From NCBI GenBank assembly GCA_964016885.1, contig OZ024764.1:15376001-15440000 (forward strand): DNA of 64,000 nt, written 5' to 3'. This document shows positions 1 to 62,240 of the stretch, piece by piece (position 1 is the first letter of the stretch; each line of letters begins with the position of its first letter). The notes beneath the pieces were generated by a model. It did not search any database, was not told where the DNA came from, and saw only the letters and a program-made list of their open reading frames with translations. Source of the stretch: Eledone cirrhosa. Taxonomy: Eukaryota. The position numbers were made by a program, and so were the translations under genes.

Positions 1-96
1 GTGGTCCAACGAGCCGATGTGTTGGCCCACCTTGATAAAAACACCCCCGTTTTTCAGGCAGACATTACGCAGTCTCTCGGCCGATCTGGTGTGGAG
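1..96 (-). CDS. ADCK1: aarF-domain kinase ADCK1, coding exon 3 (runs off the left edge)
   Basis: Reverse strand reads LHTRSAERLRNVCLKNGGVFIKVGQHIGSLDH, containing the UbiB/ABC1 KxGQ motif; preceded by a polypyrimidine tract and CAG acceptor; phase 0 matches the upstream exon. Confidence 0.9.
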
Positions 97-212
97 CTGG
101 CAGGGAGAGAAGGAAGACAATGGAGGAGGATGAGGGAATAAAAGAAAGTAGAGGAATTTATATATATACACATATATATGTACATATGTCTACATATATA
201 TATACACATATA

Positions 213-264
<52 letters not shown>

Positions 265-284
265 GTATATATTTTATATACTAT

Positions 285-315
<31 letters not shown>

Positions 316-408
316 GGTTTAGCGTCCGTGTTCCACGCTTGCATGATACTATATAGTATATATCTTATCTTGTGATTCTATAGACATGTTTTATGATATA
401 TACATATA

Positions 409-461
<53 letters not shown>

Positions 462-469
<8 letters not shown>

Positions 470-714
470 CGTAAAATAAGAAAATTATAAAATTAACTTA
501 CTTACTAAAATATCACTTCCAACTAATTAGTTTCTGAAATGGAGTAAATATATTTTCCGAAGAAGATATAGAGAAACATTCCGTCGTCACGTCAGAATGT
601 TTCTCTATATCTTCTTCGGAAAATATATTTACTCCATTCCAGAAACTAATTAGTTGGAAGTGATATTTTAGTAAGTAAGTTAATTTTATAATTTTCTTAT
701 TTTACGTCTCTCAT
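462..714. repeat. Long inverted repeat (about 120-bp arms, about 15-nt spacer)
   Basis: gagagacgtaaaataag...gaaacatt and aatgtttc...cttattttacgtctctc are near-perfect reverse complements; abuts (TA)n. Confidence 0.9.
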
Positions 715-827
715 ATTATTGTTCTGCAACCCCATGCATTGAACCACAATGTTACTAAGACAAAACCTATATATTTGCTAGCATTGATATGCATCTGTAT
801 GTATATATATGTTACTAGATATTAATT

Positions 828-879
<52 letters not shown>

Positions 880-1085
880 AGTCCACACTGTAAATGTGGT
901 TGGTGTTAGGAAGGGCATCCAACTGTAGAAAACCTGCCTAAACAGTCCTCTACGAGCGAGACACAGACACCCAATCAATCTTGCCTCAAGTGGGACATTT
1001 CCTCGATCGACTAACCCATGTTAGCGTGGAAAATAGACATTAAACGATGATGATGATGATGATGATTATATATATATATATATAT

Positions 1086-1418
1086 ATAAAGAATTAAAAA
1101 GAACAGAAAGATGCAGTAAAAGAGATTTATTCGGTTCTAACGTACGTTTCAATAGACATCTATTTGCCTAGATCTCGCTACATCTATAATATTATATATT
1201 TAGTAGAGCATTCGATATCCAATGCACAATCGATCCCATATCATCAGAGATAATCTCTGATGATATGGGATCGATTGTGCATTGGATATCGAATGCTCTA
1301 CTAAATATATAATATTATAGATGTAGCGAGATCTAGGCAAATAGATGTCTATTGAAACGTACGTAAGAACCGAATAAATCTCTTTTACTGCATCTTTCTG
1401 TTCTTTTTAATTCTTTAT
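1086..1418. repeat. Long palindrome (about 165-bp arms, 3-nt loop), Penelope-like terminus
   Basis: Centre catcagaga-taa-tctctgatg; each arm carries CTGATGA...GAAACGTACGT and AATAAA; abuts (TA)n. Confidence 0.85.
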
Positions 1419-1755
1419 ACACGCCCCGGAATATAGCTAAACTGGATTATACACCTTTTTTCTGCATTTCGTTGAGCACCACTCTGTTGTAAGCTGACAT
1501 TCCACTACACGGTACATAACACTGTGTCCTGGAAAACATTAATGCACTCGTGCATAACCAATTATATATATATATATATCATCATCACCGTTTAACGTTC
1601 ATTTTTTTCCCCGCCAGAATGAGCTAGACGAGTTATCCTGTTGTGAGAAATGCCAGGTGAGGTGACCATGTCTTGCTCATACAGAACTGGTTCTGGCTTG
1701 GGTTCTACAGCTTTATATAAACTCTACTAGCCTGAAAGACAATGAATTCGCTCAC

Positions 1756-1839
1756 CTTTGACTTACAGATTCCATATTCTTCATGTGTCGGATCAACCTT
1801 CCACAGTGTCCATTTGTAATCACAAGCTATATACAGGGC
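1756..1839 (-). CDS. ADCK1: ADCK1 coding exon 2
   Basis: ALYIACDYKWTLWKVDPTHEEYGICKSK; CAG acceptor and GTGAGC donor; 84 nt, phase 0/0; resembles the ADCK1 DY...EEY...SK segment. Confidence 0.85.
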
Positions 1840-2007
1840 CTGTAACATCACCAAACTGAAATATTAGATGTAGTGTACAGAAGAAAGGACTGAGTTGGTA
1901 TCACAGTTATGTGATACTTACTATATTAACCCTTTAGCATTTATATTACTCTATATATACTATTGTATTTTCACAGTAAAGTCTTTACCTCACATAACAT
2001 TTACATT

Positions 2008-2640
2008 TGTCATGACACCTACATGACCACTTTACAGTGTGGATTGGGTGTTTTTTGTTGTGACACCTACATGACCACTTTACAGTGTGGACTGGGTGGT
2101 TTTTGTCATGACACCTACATGACCACTTTACAGTGTGGATTGGGTGTTTTTTGTCGTGACACCTACATGACCACTTTACAGTGTGGATTGGGTGGTTTTT
2201 GTCATGACACCTACATGACCACTTTACAGTGTGGGCTGGGTGCTTTTTGTCGTGACACCTACATGACCACTTTACAGTGTGGACTGGGTGCTTTTTGTCG
2301 TGACACCTACATGACCACTTTACAGTGTGGACTGGGTTGTTTTTGTCATGACACCTACATGACCACTTTACAGTGTGGACTGGGTGTTTTTTGTTGTGAC
2401 ACCTACATGACCACTTTACAGTGTGGACTGGGTACTTTTTGTTATGACACCTACATGACCACTTTACAGTGTGGACTGGGTGCTTTTTGTTGTGACACCT
2501 ACATGACCACTTTACAGTGTGGGCTGGGTGTTTTTTGTTGTGACACCTACATGACCACTTTACAGTGTGGACTGGGTGTTTTTTGTTGTGACACCTACAT
2601 GACCACTTTACAGTGTGGACTGGGTACTTTTTGTTATGAT
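2008..2640. repeat. 51-bp minisatellite (about 12 units) related to RTE 3' UTR
   Basis: Unit gacacctacatgaccactttacagtgtggactgggtg...; similar sequence occurs in the RTE 3' UTR at about 34860-34925. Confidence 0.9.
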
Positions 2641-2710
2641 GATGATAATTATAAGAAAGAGGAAGAGGTAGCAATAGAAAGAAAAAAAAGAAAGTATTAT
2701 AATACTCAAC

Positions 2711-2854
2711 AGCTAATCCGGCTCGACTGAATCTGAAGAGTCCAAGGGATGACACTTCGTATCCATTTTGTTGTAGCAGTACGGCAGTAGCTGTACTGAC
2801 AGTACCGCAGACTAACCCAAGTTTTACTGTACGTCGTAGTAACGCTGACACCAT
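2711..2854 (-). CDS. ADCK1: ADCK1 coding exon 1 (mitochondrial-targeting-like N-terminus)
   Basis: MVSALLRRTVKLGLVCGTVSTATAVLLQQNGYEVSSLGLFRFSRAGLA then a GT donor. A TAG acceptor 6 nt upstream of the ATG implies a further non-coding first exon. Confidence 0.85.
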
Positions 2855-3514
2855 ATCAACCTAGAAAGACAGACAGAGGCAGATAGATATACATGACGTG
2901 GCAATAAAGTCTTTAGAATAACCCTTTCACCCTTTAGCATTCATATTACTCTATATTTATTATTGCCTTTTCATGGTAAACACCTTATCTCACATAAATA
3001 TCTCACATAATATTGAATCTATGATATTTGATATTATTCATTTTTCAAACAACACCTTAACATCAGTATAAGTGGCTGGTTACAGCTAGTTTGAACAGAA
3101 TGAGGTGAGAGAATTCTGGCCAGATATGGCCAGTTTAAATGATAAAGGGTTAACTATTTAGCATTTAAACCGACCATATCCAGCCAGAATTCCCTCACCT
3201 CATTCTGTTCAAACTGCAAAATCTCGTAGATTTGATATTATGTGAGATAATTATGTAAGATAAAGCATGGAACTACCTGCATCAGTTGTTTGTTGCCAAG
3301 ACACTGCATCCTTTAAAACCTCCATGCTTCCTGAAATTCACCAACACTACACCTGATATTCCCCTCCATACACACGCACACATGTATATCATGACTCATA
3401 CACTGTTCACTTTCCTGACATTTGTACATTATTCTATGTACTATACATGCACCTTTGATGAGCTGTAGTGCACCTGAGCACTGTACATAATAATTTCATT
3501 ATTATTACTATCAT

Positions 3515-4165
3515 TATACAACACACAAGCAGGTAATACACACATCGAGGACCACATACAACACACAAGCAGGTAATACATACATCTAGGACCACATACA
3601 ACACACAAGCAGGTAATACATACATCTAGGACCACATACAACACACAAGCAGGTAATACATACATCTAGGACCACATACAACACACAGGCAGGTAATACA
3701 TACATCTAGGACCACATACAACACATAACCAGGTAATACACACATCTAGGACCACATACAACACACAAGCAGGTAATACACACATCTAGGACCACATACA
3801 ACACACAAGCAGGTAATACACACATCTAGGACCACATACAACACACAAGCAGGTAATACATACATCTAGGACCACATACAACACACAAGCAGGTAATACA
3901 TACATCTAGGACCACATACAACACACAAGCAGGTAATACATACATCTAGGACCACATACAACACACAAGCAGGTAATACACACATCTAGGACCACATACA
4001 ACACACAAGCAGGTAATACATACATCTAGGACCATATACAACACACAAGCAGGTAATACACACATCTAGGACCACATACAACACACAAGCAGGTAATACA
4101 CACATCTAGGACCTCATACAACACACAAGCAGGTAATACATACATCTAGGACCACATACAACAAA
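3515..4165. repeat. 40-bp minisatellite (about 16 units)
   Basis: accacatacaacacacaagcaggtaatacatacatctagg repeated. Confidence 0.95.
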
Positions 4166-4179
4166 AGGCAGGCGAAAAG

Positions 4180-4740
4180 GGTGGACAAACGAACCGTTGC
4201 CTGAGCAAGCGATAACAATATAGCGAGGAGCACTGGGAAACCTCTCTAATAATTTTGGGGGCAAGCCAGCTCACACGCAGCGTTACTTGGGGTGATACGC
4301 TGGAACAGCCAAGCGCCCTCACAAGCATCACCAGTTACCTTTGTTGGGTGAGCCGCCAGTGAAGATAAGAACCTCGCAGTCGGTAGCCCAACTCTCCCAA
4401 ACGTCTGGAACACCACAGGTTGGAAAATGTAGCTGGCTGACAGATCACAGCATTTCAGGATGTTGTTCCGTTCGGCTGCGGAAGCTGTGGCTCTCGCCCT
4501 AACCGCAGCATCCAGGATGTGGGAAGAAGCAAGAGAGTCACTAACTGTGACATCCCAGATCAGGCACCTAACTCTTAACTCTTAACCAGGGGCACAGAGT
4601 AAGACCGTCAGGTGTTTTCCCATCAATTCTGGACAACCCATTCGGTTCCAAAATTGAGGGGATGTTTGCCCGGGCCAAAGCTCTCTTAAAGATAAGGTTT
4701 AGCTCCGTGTGGCGCGGGAAGCGACCGGCATTGTTGGCAG
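4180..4740 (-). mobile_element. Degenerate non-LTR retrotransposon C-terminus with restriction-like endonuclease (CRE-like)
   Basis: Reverse translation [43 protein letters not shown]...IWDVTV...GDACEGAWLFQR has RH..., PD...D motifs of RLE domains. Confidence 0.7.
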
Positions 4741-4915
4741 TATTTGTAGAAGGTCAGACACCCTGCTTTGCAGCACAGAGTTATGGCTCTTTACGGTCTG
4801 AGTTCAAATCCCGCCGAGGTTAACTTTGCCTTTCATCCTTACGGGGTCGATAAAATAAAGTACGAGTAATACACTAGGGAAATTGCTGGCCTTGTGCCAA
4901 AAGTAGAATCAATTA
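4740..4915 (+). mobile_element. tRNA-derived SINE (Nin-domain-like); further copies near 5044-5150, 11850-12035, 17870-18005, 47915-48100 and 54960-55150(-)
   Basis: B-box gagttcaaatccc followed by gcctttcatccttacggggtcgataaaataaagtaccag, repeated across the window. Confidence 0.75.
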
Positions 4916-5209
4916 TATAACTGTATATATTGTATTTACTGAATGTGTTGTTGAAGATCGAACGTAAAAGTTAACGATGAGAGAGTGAGAGAGGCGTAGA
5001 GTACTACATATTAATTAAACTAATTACTTAGTTTAATTTAGTGAAATCCCGCCGAAGTTAACTTTGCCTTTCATCCTTACAAGGTCGATAAAATAAAGTA
5101 CCAGTAATGCACTGGTGATTTGCTGGCCTTGTGCCAAAAAGTAGAAACAATTAATTAATTAAACAAACGGCTCTGATATAAATTGAAAGCTTCTTTACCT
5201 GAGGTATGT

Positions 5210-5990
5210 TGCGTAAGGTGTGGTGAAATAGTGAGAGTTGCGTGAGAGGGGGAAGAGAAGGAGTATGGTAAATAGAGAGAAAATGTGATAGACTAATAGA
5301 GAGAGAGCGAGAGGGAGAAAGAGAGACAGAAGAGTAAAGGGAGGTAACTGCATGTTGAGGTGAAATAGTGAGAGTTACGTGAGAGGGGGAAGAAAAGGAG
5401 TATGATAAATAGAGAGAAAATGTGATAGACTAATAGAGAGAGAGCGAGAGGGAGAAAGAGAGACAGAAGAGTAAAGGGAGGTAACTGCATGTTGAGGTGA
5501 AATAGTGAGAGTTACGTGAGAGGGGGAAGAAAAGGAGTATGGTAAATAGAGAGAAAATGTGATAGACTAATAGAGAGAGAGCGAGAGGGAGAAAGAGAGA
5601 CAGAAGAGTAAAGGGAAGTAACTGCATGTTGAGGTGAAATAGTGAGAGTTACGTGAGAGGGGGAAGAAAAGGAGTATGGTAAATAGAGAGAAAATGTGAT
5701 AGACTAATAGATAGAGAGCGAGAGGGAGAAAGAGAGACAGAAGTGAGAGAGAGAGAGGGATAGATAGATAGACAGACAGACAGTGAGAGAGAGAGAGAGA
5801 GGGATAGATAGATAGACAGGCAGTGAGAGAGAGAGAGAGGGATAGATAGATAGACAGACAGTGAGAGAGAGGGAGAGATAGATAGACAGACAGTGAGAGA
5901 GAGAGAGAGAGAGAGGGATAGATAGACAGACAGAGAGAGAGAGGGATAGATAGACAGACAGTGAGAGAGAGAGAGAGAGAGAGAGGGACC
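5210..5990. repeat. About 137-bp purine-rich tandem repeat followed by (GA/GATA/GACA)n
   Basis: About 4 copies of gaggtgaaatagtgagagttacgtgagagg..., then microsatellite. Confidence 0.85.
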
Positions 5991-6262
5991 GATGGTGAGA
6001 GCTAGAGACAGAGATAGACGGAGGATCAAAGAGATAAACAAAGATGAGTGAGACAAAATAGAAAGGGAGAGACAGACAGACAGAGAGATAGATAGACAGG
6101 GCACAGAGAGAGAGAGATAGAGAAAGGGACAGATAAACTGGGGAAGAGAGAGAGACAGTGACAGGTGTAGTGTATAAACCGTGTTTCAATTTACCTAAGG
6201 GTCACTATTTCCATATACACCGTTTCTTCTAATGTCTACGCGCTGTTGACATTAAGCAGAAC

Positions 6263-54610
<48,348 letters not shown>

Positions 54611-55344
54611 GGAAAGGGAGAAGCTTGTCTGTGAGAGGGACCAGAAGTTAGACTGGGGAGGGAGGAGTCAGTAGTTAGACGGGGGGGGGGGGGGGGGTCA
54701 GTAGTTAGACCAGGAGAGGAGGAGTCAGTAGTTAGACCGGGGGGGGGGGGGGGGGGTCAGGGGTTAGACTGTAAACCTCATGTGAGATACAACCTGGGGT
54801 CCCAACTAAACCTACATAGGTGTGAACTGTGACAACAACATGAAAGGAGTAGGGTCCCTATCATTAAAACACCAGAGAAACCTATCAGATACAACTCTAG
54901 GGGCCTGCTAAACCTACATAGGTGATGTATTCACTCCCCTTTTGTATCTTTGAAATACCTATAATTGTTTCTACTTTTGGCACAAGGCCAGCAATTACCC
55001 CAGTGTGTTACTGGTACTTTATTTTATCGACCCCGTAAGGATGAAAGGCAAAGTTAACTTCGGCGGGATTTGAACTCGGACCATAAAGGGCCGTAACTCT
55101 ATGCTGCAAAGCATGGCGTCCGACCCTCTACCGATACTGCCAATCCAATGCCCTTTGAAATACGTATAATGGAATTATGTAATAAAATGAAGCTGTACAA
55201 ATGAAACCGTCTCTCTTATTTATTATACTAAAACTCTGGGTGAGATCTTACTGAGAAAATCCTAAGGAATACAAATCGTAGAGTGCTTTATGTCTGATTA
55301 CAAAAGAAAGTCGGCAGATTTTTGATCAACCAACTTTCATCAAC

Positions 55345-55383
<39 letters not shown>

Positions 55384-57256
55384 GGAAAAATGGACGTTAA
55401 ATGGGGATGATGATGAATTTGTTTTCAAATACCAAAGCAGATAAAGGTAGGTGAAGAAAGTTTTACAGCTCAAATAATGACATTTATTACAGTAAACTAC
55501 GCAGAAGGCTACATACAAGATTTCATTGTATGAACTCCTTAATTCTTTAGAATTTAAACCGGCCATATCTGGCCAGAATTCTCTCACCTCTTTCTGTTCA
55601 AACCAGCCGTAACCAACAAATTATATTCTCAATAAATATTATCAAAATCTCATAGATTCGATATTATGTGAGATAATTACATAAGAAAAAGCCTTTACCA
55701 GGAAAATACAATAGTATATATAGAGTAATGTAAATCTTATGGGAGATATTATGTGAGGTAAAGCCTTTACTGTGACAATACAATAGTATATATAGAGTAA
55801 TGTAAATGTTATGGGAGATATTATGTGAGGTAAAGCCTTTACTGTGAAAATACAATAGTATATATAGAGTAATGTAAATGTTATGTGAGATATTATGTGA
55901 GGTAAAGCCTTTACTGTGACAATACAATAGTATATATAGAGTAATGTAAATCTTATGGGAGATATTATGTGAGGTAAAGCCTTTACTGTGACAATACAAT
56001 AGTATATATAGAGTAATGTAAATGTTATGGGAGATATTATGTGAGGTAAAGCCTTTACTGTGAAAATACAATAGTATATATAGAGTAATGTAAATGTTAT
56101 GTGAGGTAAAGCCTTTACTGTGAAAATACAATAGTATATATAGAGTAATGTAAATGTTATGTGAGATATGTGAGGTAAAGCTTTTACTGTGACAATACAA
56201 TAGTATATATAGAGTAATGTAAATGCTATGTGAGATATTATGTGAGGTAAAGCCTTTACTGTGACAATACAATAGTATATATAGAGTAATGTAAATGTTA
56301 TGTGAGGTAAAGCCTTTACTGTGACAATACAATAGTATATATAGAGTAATGTAAATGTTATGTGAGATATGTGAGGTAAAGCCTTTACTGTGACAATACA
56401 ATAGTATATATAGAGTAATGTAAATGTTATGTGAGATATTATGTGAGGTAAAGCCTTTACTGTGACAATACAATAGTATATATAGAGTAATGTAAATGTT
56501 ATGTGAGATATTATGTGAGATAAAGCCTTTACTGTGACAATACAATAGTATATATAGAGTAATGTAAATGTTATGTGAGATATTATGTGAGATAAAGCCT
56601 TTACTGTGACAATACAATAGTATATATAGAGTAACGTAAATGCTAAAGGGTTAGTACAAGTGTTAAGTGAACTCAAAGCAAATATAATATTGAAAATAAG
56701 AGCAAATACTGTTAATTATATATTTTAACTCGCACTCTGATCAAAATTGAAGGAAGCCTTAAGTGGTAAAAGCTCTCACAGACAATGCCCCAGGATTGAG
56801 ATATTTGGCATTACACAGTAATACAAAAGACACGTCTTCCCATGTGCACAGACTCAAACATACTTAGTAGGCACCTGTTAACCACTATAAACCCACCACT
56901 CCTGTCCACACCACCCTAACACTATGGACATATATGTATACATATACATCTCAGGGTGATCTACACAATAAAAGCACCCAGTACACGGTAAAGTCTTTAG
57001 TGTTAAGAAGGGCATTTAGCCATAGAAAGTTTGCCAAACAAAGGGTTAAGAGGGCCCTTCAGTTTGTGTCAAAAGACCTGACAACTTCATCTCTGCAGTT
57101 GATATGACCATATGTAAGCGGGATACAGACACCCCTGCCTGACTGGGAGGTCAGTAGCCCCTCAACCACTACTGACTTGGTCTATGTAGACCTGTTCAAC
57201 CCTTGCTAGCAGGGAAAGCAAATGTTAAATGATGATGATAAACACACACACACATA

Positions 57257-57294
<38 letters not shown>

Positions 57295-57349
57295 GATAGC
57301 ATGTCCTTTCAAAGGCGCAGAAGACTCCATAGAAATAGTTGATAGCTTC

Positions 57350-57870
57350 TTCAATGATTAATAGGCAATCAGCATTCTTGTGGCGTTGTATTACTGAAAA
57401 TGTGTTTCACTAAAGAGTCATTTACACATGATAATGAAGGCACTTCAACATCATCTTCATTAATATTCAGTCTTACAATTGGAGATGTTGTTCCATTACA
57501 AAGACGTAACAGCCACTTCACAAACTCTCTCTGATCTTCTCTTACTCTGATATTGTTGCTTAATCTAAAATATTGAAAGAAGTGTCACGGATGGCAAACA
57601 CTTGATTAACACCAATGACGTCTTGAAGGAACTTGTGAATGTCATGAATTACATAGGAAGGACTCATAGAAGCCTCATCCAGTATTATGAGATCCAGGTT
57701 CTGTAAGTAATTGGCATGGTCAGATGAGCCAGACACATTACATACACTGGTCTTTGTTAGTGGAACAGGTAGTTTGAATAAATTGTGCACATTTCTACCT
57801 CCCAGCAGCAGTGAAGTTGTTATGCTTGTCCAAGCATCGCAACATACCTGATAGTTATTCATCTGGAGGT
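57350..57870 (-). mobile_element. Degenerate Pif1-like helicase fragment (Helitron-type)
   Basis: LLLGGRNVHNLFKLPVP...LIILDEASM: Walker B and the upstream motif typical of Helitron helicases; stops and frameshifts. Confidence 0.7.
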
Positions 57871-59289
57871 GAAAAATCAGTATTGAACAGCAGGGACTAG
57901 CTCCAATTGAGAGTTGTACGAATTCCTGCTAAACCCCAAACTCCTGGAGGATATATACATATTTATATAAGTTCCTGTGTATTGTGTCGCTGTATAATAA
58001 AATATAAACATATACTGTACATGTCAGTCAGATTCGAACTCACTATAGTTGGCATTATATAGATATAATTTGTTTGTTAAAATAAAAACTAAATAAAATA
58101 TATTCTATAATCTCAGGTGGGAAACGAACTTATCTCTTCGTGATGAGACTAACAAATTCAAACAGTTTTGCCAACTGAGCTACCAAGGTACTTACAATAA
58201 TTTTATCAAATTTAAAGTATTTAAATTTCAAATTTAAACAATTAAATATTATATATATATTTGTAAATACAAATGCCACAGAACACTTATTTATCAAAAC
58301 ATGTTTGTCTTGAAACTAATTATGTCTATATAACGCCAAACATAGTGAGTTCGAATCTGACTCACTAGTTGGTCCTTGCCCCACCCAACAGTTTAAATCG
58401 ACCACCAGTGGGTGATATCGACCAGGTCAGGAAACCCTGGTCTAGTAGCTCTAGTTATTACTATCTTAGACATAATAAGGACTTATCAAATTATTTTTTC
58501 CAGCCTATGGAGTTGGGCCGCTGACAGCGAAGTTCTTGTCATCACTGGCAGCTCACCTTACTGAGGTGTCAGGTGATGTCCGTGAGGGTACCTGGTTATT
58601 TCAGCACCTTAGCCTCACCACCACCTGTGGTAATGTTGCGAGTGTTGGCTTACCTTAAAGTGTGTAGATAACCCCTAAGGTGTGAGGTGCGGCCGATTGT
58701 CACACTTGGTGGTGAATTGTTCTCACACCCCTGTTTTTTTCTTTCCTTTATCATTACTGTTCAATAAATAATATTATTATATTTTTATAGACGCCTTAGA
58801 CTTTATATTTCTAATGTTCTTCCTAAGGAATTGCGAGCAATTTATGTTTTTTACGCATATGTATATATTTAAAACATAATTGTAATGTTATTCAATTGAA
58901 ATAAAAACTTAAAGGTGTACTAAAGTTAGATACTTATTTATATAATTGTAAATACAAGTGCCGCAGAATACACACATATATATATATGCTAGAATCCCAG
59001 AGAACGAGAGAAGAATAAAGACAGATAATATGCATGATAGAAATAGCAGCCAAAGACCAGCGAAATACAGAACGAAGTACACACACTCCCTCTCTCTCTC
59101 ACACACACACATATATATTTATGTATGTATATATACGTATAATGGAATTATGTAATAAAATGAAGATGTACGAATAAAACTGTCTCCCTTATTTATTATA
59201 CTAACACTTCGATTGATACCTTACAGAGAAAATCATAAGGAATACACATCGTAAAGTGCTGTATATATATACACAGACATACCCATATA

Positions 59290-61323
59290 TATATATACGT
59301 ATATCCATGCCCCTCCTCAATCTAAAATATGTTTATATCCTCCTTTATTATTAAAACAATCCGAGTCTTGTAAAAGTGTTATTACTGTAATATAAAGTAG
59401 AAACCCTTTATTTAAACAAAGCTACGATGTAGCGATGATCAAAACAAACCCCAAAATGTCAACAAACTTCTCGTAGGTACTGCCAGATACACGATAACAT
59501 GTGTAGACGAAGTGTAACTGGGTCGTATTATATCACTTTCAAATTGACCCCTATTATATTCAAATTACCCCCTGCGGGGCGTGCACCCTTCGTTGGGAAT
59601 CCCTGATATAAAATATATGTGAGTGTGTTGCTATGACTGCTATTTCTTGCAGGTTTACTGCGGTCCTGTAGACGCACACCAAAAACCGGAAGTGGCAGCC
59701 ATTAAAAAACTTTGGCTTAAAATCAGGCAAAAGTTTTTTAACAATTTGCCAAGAAAGATAACTCTTGTCTTACTTAATCGCAAAAATCGAGACAAAAATT
59801 TTGCGTGTGTGCAGTTTCTTTGGCTACCTTGATTATTGGTATTTGACTGCTATTTTTAGCATGTATGGACACTTTAGAAATAGCAGCGAAAAACGGAAAG
59901 AAGGAGACACACACACATATATATGTATATATGATAATAGTAATAATAATTGTAATAAAAAAAAGGACGATTTGTTGTCTTCAGTGGTCCCCAGTCTTTT
60001 CTGCTTCAGTTTGGCCCCTATTATATACAAATTGCTCCCTGTGGGACGTATATCAGTGATATATATATAATTGAGTGTGTGCGTACGTGCATACATACAC
60101 ACACACACCTATATTACATATATGTGTGTGTGTGAATGTTATATATACGTATGTGTGTTTATATATATATATATAATGTATGTATATATTTATATATATA
60201 CACACACATATATATATATATAAATGTGTGTGTGTACTTCTTTCTGTTTTTCGCTCCTATATATATATATATATACGTATATATGTATGTATAGAGAGAG
60301 TGGGACAGAGAGTACCCACATGTTTACACATACGCACACACACAGATATCTATATATATATACGTCTGCTACATGCCCCTCCTCAATCTAAAATATGTTT
60401 ATGTCCCCCTTTAATATAAAAACAATCCGAGCCTTCTAAAAGTGTTATTACTGTAATATAAAGTAGAAACCCTTTATTTAAACAAAGCTACGATGCAGCG
60501 ATTATCAAAACAAACCCCAAAATGTCAACAAACTTCTCGTAGGTACTGCCAGATACACGATAACATGTGTAGACGAAGTGTAACTGGGTCGTATTATATC
60601 ACTTTCAAATTGGCCCCTATTATATTCAAATTGCTCCCAGTCGGGCGTGCACTCCGCGTGGAGAATCCCTGGTATAAAATATATGTGAGTGTGTTGCTAT
60701 GACTGCTATTTCTTGCAGATTTACTGCTGACCTGTAGACGCACAACAAAAACCGGAAGTGGCAGCCATTAAAAAACTTTGGCTTAAAATCAGGCAAAAGT
60801 TTTTTAACAATTTGCCAAGAAAGATAACTCTTGTCTTACTTAATCGCAAAAATCGAGACAAAAATTTTGCGTGTGTGCAGTTTCTTTGGCTACCTTGATT
60901 ATTGGTATTTGACTGCTATTTTTAGCATGTATGGACACTTTAGAAATAGCAGCGAAAAACGGAAAGAAGGAGACACACACACACATATATATATATGATA
61001 ATAATAATAATAATTGTAATAAAAAAAAGGACGATTTGTTGTCTTCAGTGGTCCCCAGTCTTTTCTGCTTCAATTTGGCCCCTATTATATACAAATTGCT
61101 CCCTGTGGGACGTATATCAGTGATATATATATAATTGAGTGTGTGCGTACGTGCATACACACACACACCTATATTACATATATGTGTGTGTGTGAATGTT
61201 ATATATACGTATGTGTGTTTATATATATACATATATATATAATGTATGTATATATTTATATATATACACACACATATATATATATATATATATGTGTGTG
61301 TGTACTTCTTTCTGTTTTTCGCT

Positions 61324-61358
<35 letters not shown>

Positions 61359-62178
61359 GTATATATGTATGTATAGAGAGAGAGTGGGACAGAGAGTACC
61401 CACATGTTTACACATACGCACACAGACAGATATCTATATATATATACGTCTGCTACATGCCCCTCCTCAATCTAAAATATGTTTATGTCCCCCTTTAATA
61501 TAAAAACAATCCGAGCCTTCTAAAAGTGTTATTACTGTAATATAAAGTAGAAACCCTTTATTTAAACAAAGCTACGATGCAGCGATTATCAAAACAAACC
61601 CCAAAATGTAAACAAACTTCTCGTAGACGCTGCCAGATACACGATAACATGTGTAGACGAAGTGTAACTGGGTCGTATTATATCACTTTCAATATGGTTT
61701 GTTTTTAATTATATCACTTTCAAATTGGCCCCTATTATATTCAAATTGGTCCCAGTCGGGCGTGCACTCCGCGTTGAGAATCCCTGGTATAAAATATATG
61801 TGAGTGTGTTGCTATGACTGCTATTTCTAGCAGGTTTACTGCAGTCCTGTAGACGCACAACAAAAACCGGAAGTGGCAGCCATTAAAAAACTTTGGCTTA
61901 AAATCAGGCAAAAGTTTTTAAACAATTTGCCAAGAAAGATAACTCTTGTCTTACTTAATCGCAAAAATCGGAACAAAAATTTTGCGTGTGTGCAGTTGAT
62001 TTGATCTTCCTTGTTTATTGGTATTTGACTGCTATTTCTAGCATGTATGGACACTTTAGAAATAGCAGCGAACAACAGAAAACATAAGAAAGAAGGACAG
62101 ATACGTATATATATATGTGTGTATATATACATATATATACACACACACACAGATATGTGTGTGTATATATATATATAC

Positions 62179-62240
<62 letters not shown>

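Noticed and set aside
1963-2730. Cys-rich repeat protein, and the 289-aa minus ORF as a whole
   Set aside because: 51-bp minisatellite; only 2711-2854 on the minus strand is coding (ADCK1).
4790-4820. tRNA genes suggested by B-box GTTCAAATCCC motifs
   Set aside because: They are heads of dispersed SINEs; no full cloverleaf is evident.
55181-55186. AATAAA as the poly(A) signal of the fusion gene
   Set aside because: It lies inside a dispersed repeat also present at about 59136-59260; cannot be assigned without transcript data.
55642-56676. 344-aa and 317-aa repetitive ORFs
   Set aside because: Translations of the ~63-bp MITE-internal tandem repeat.
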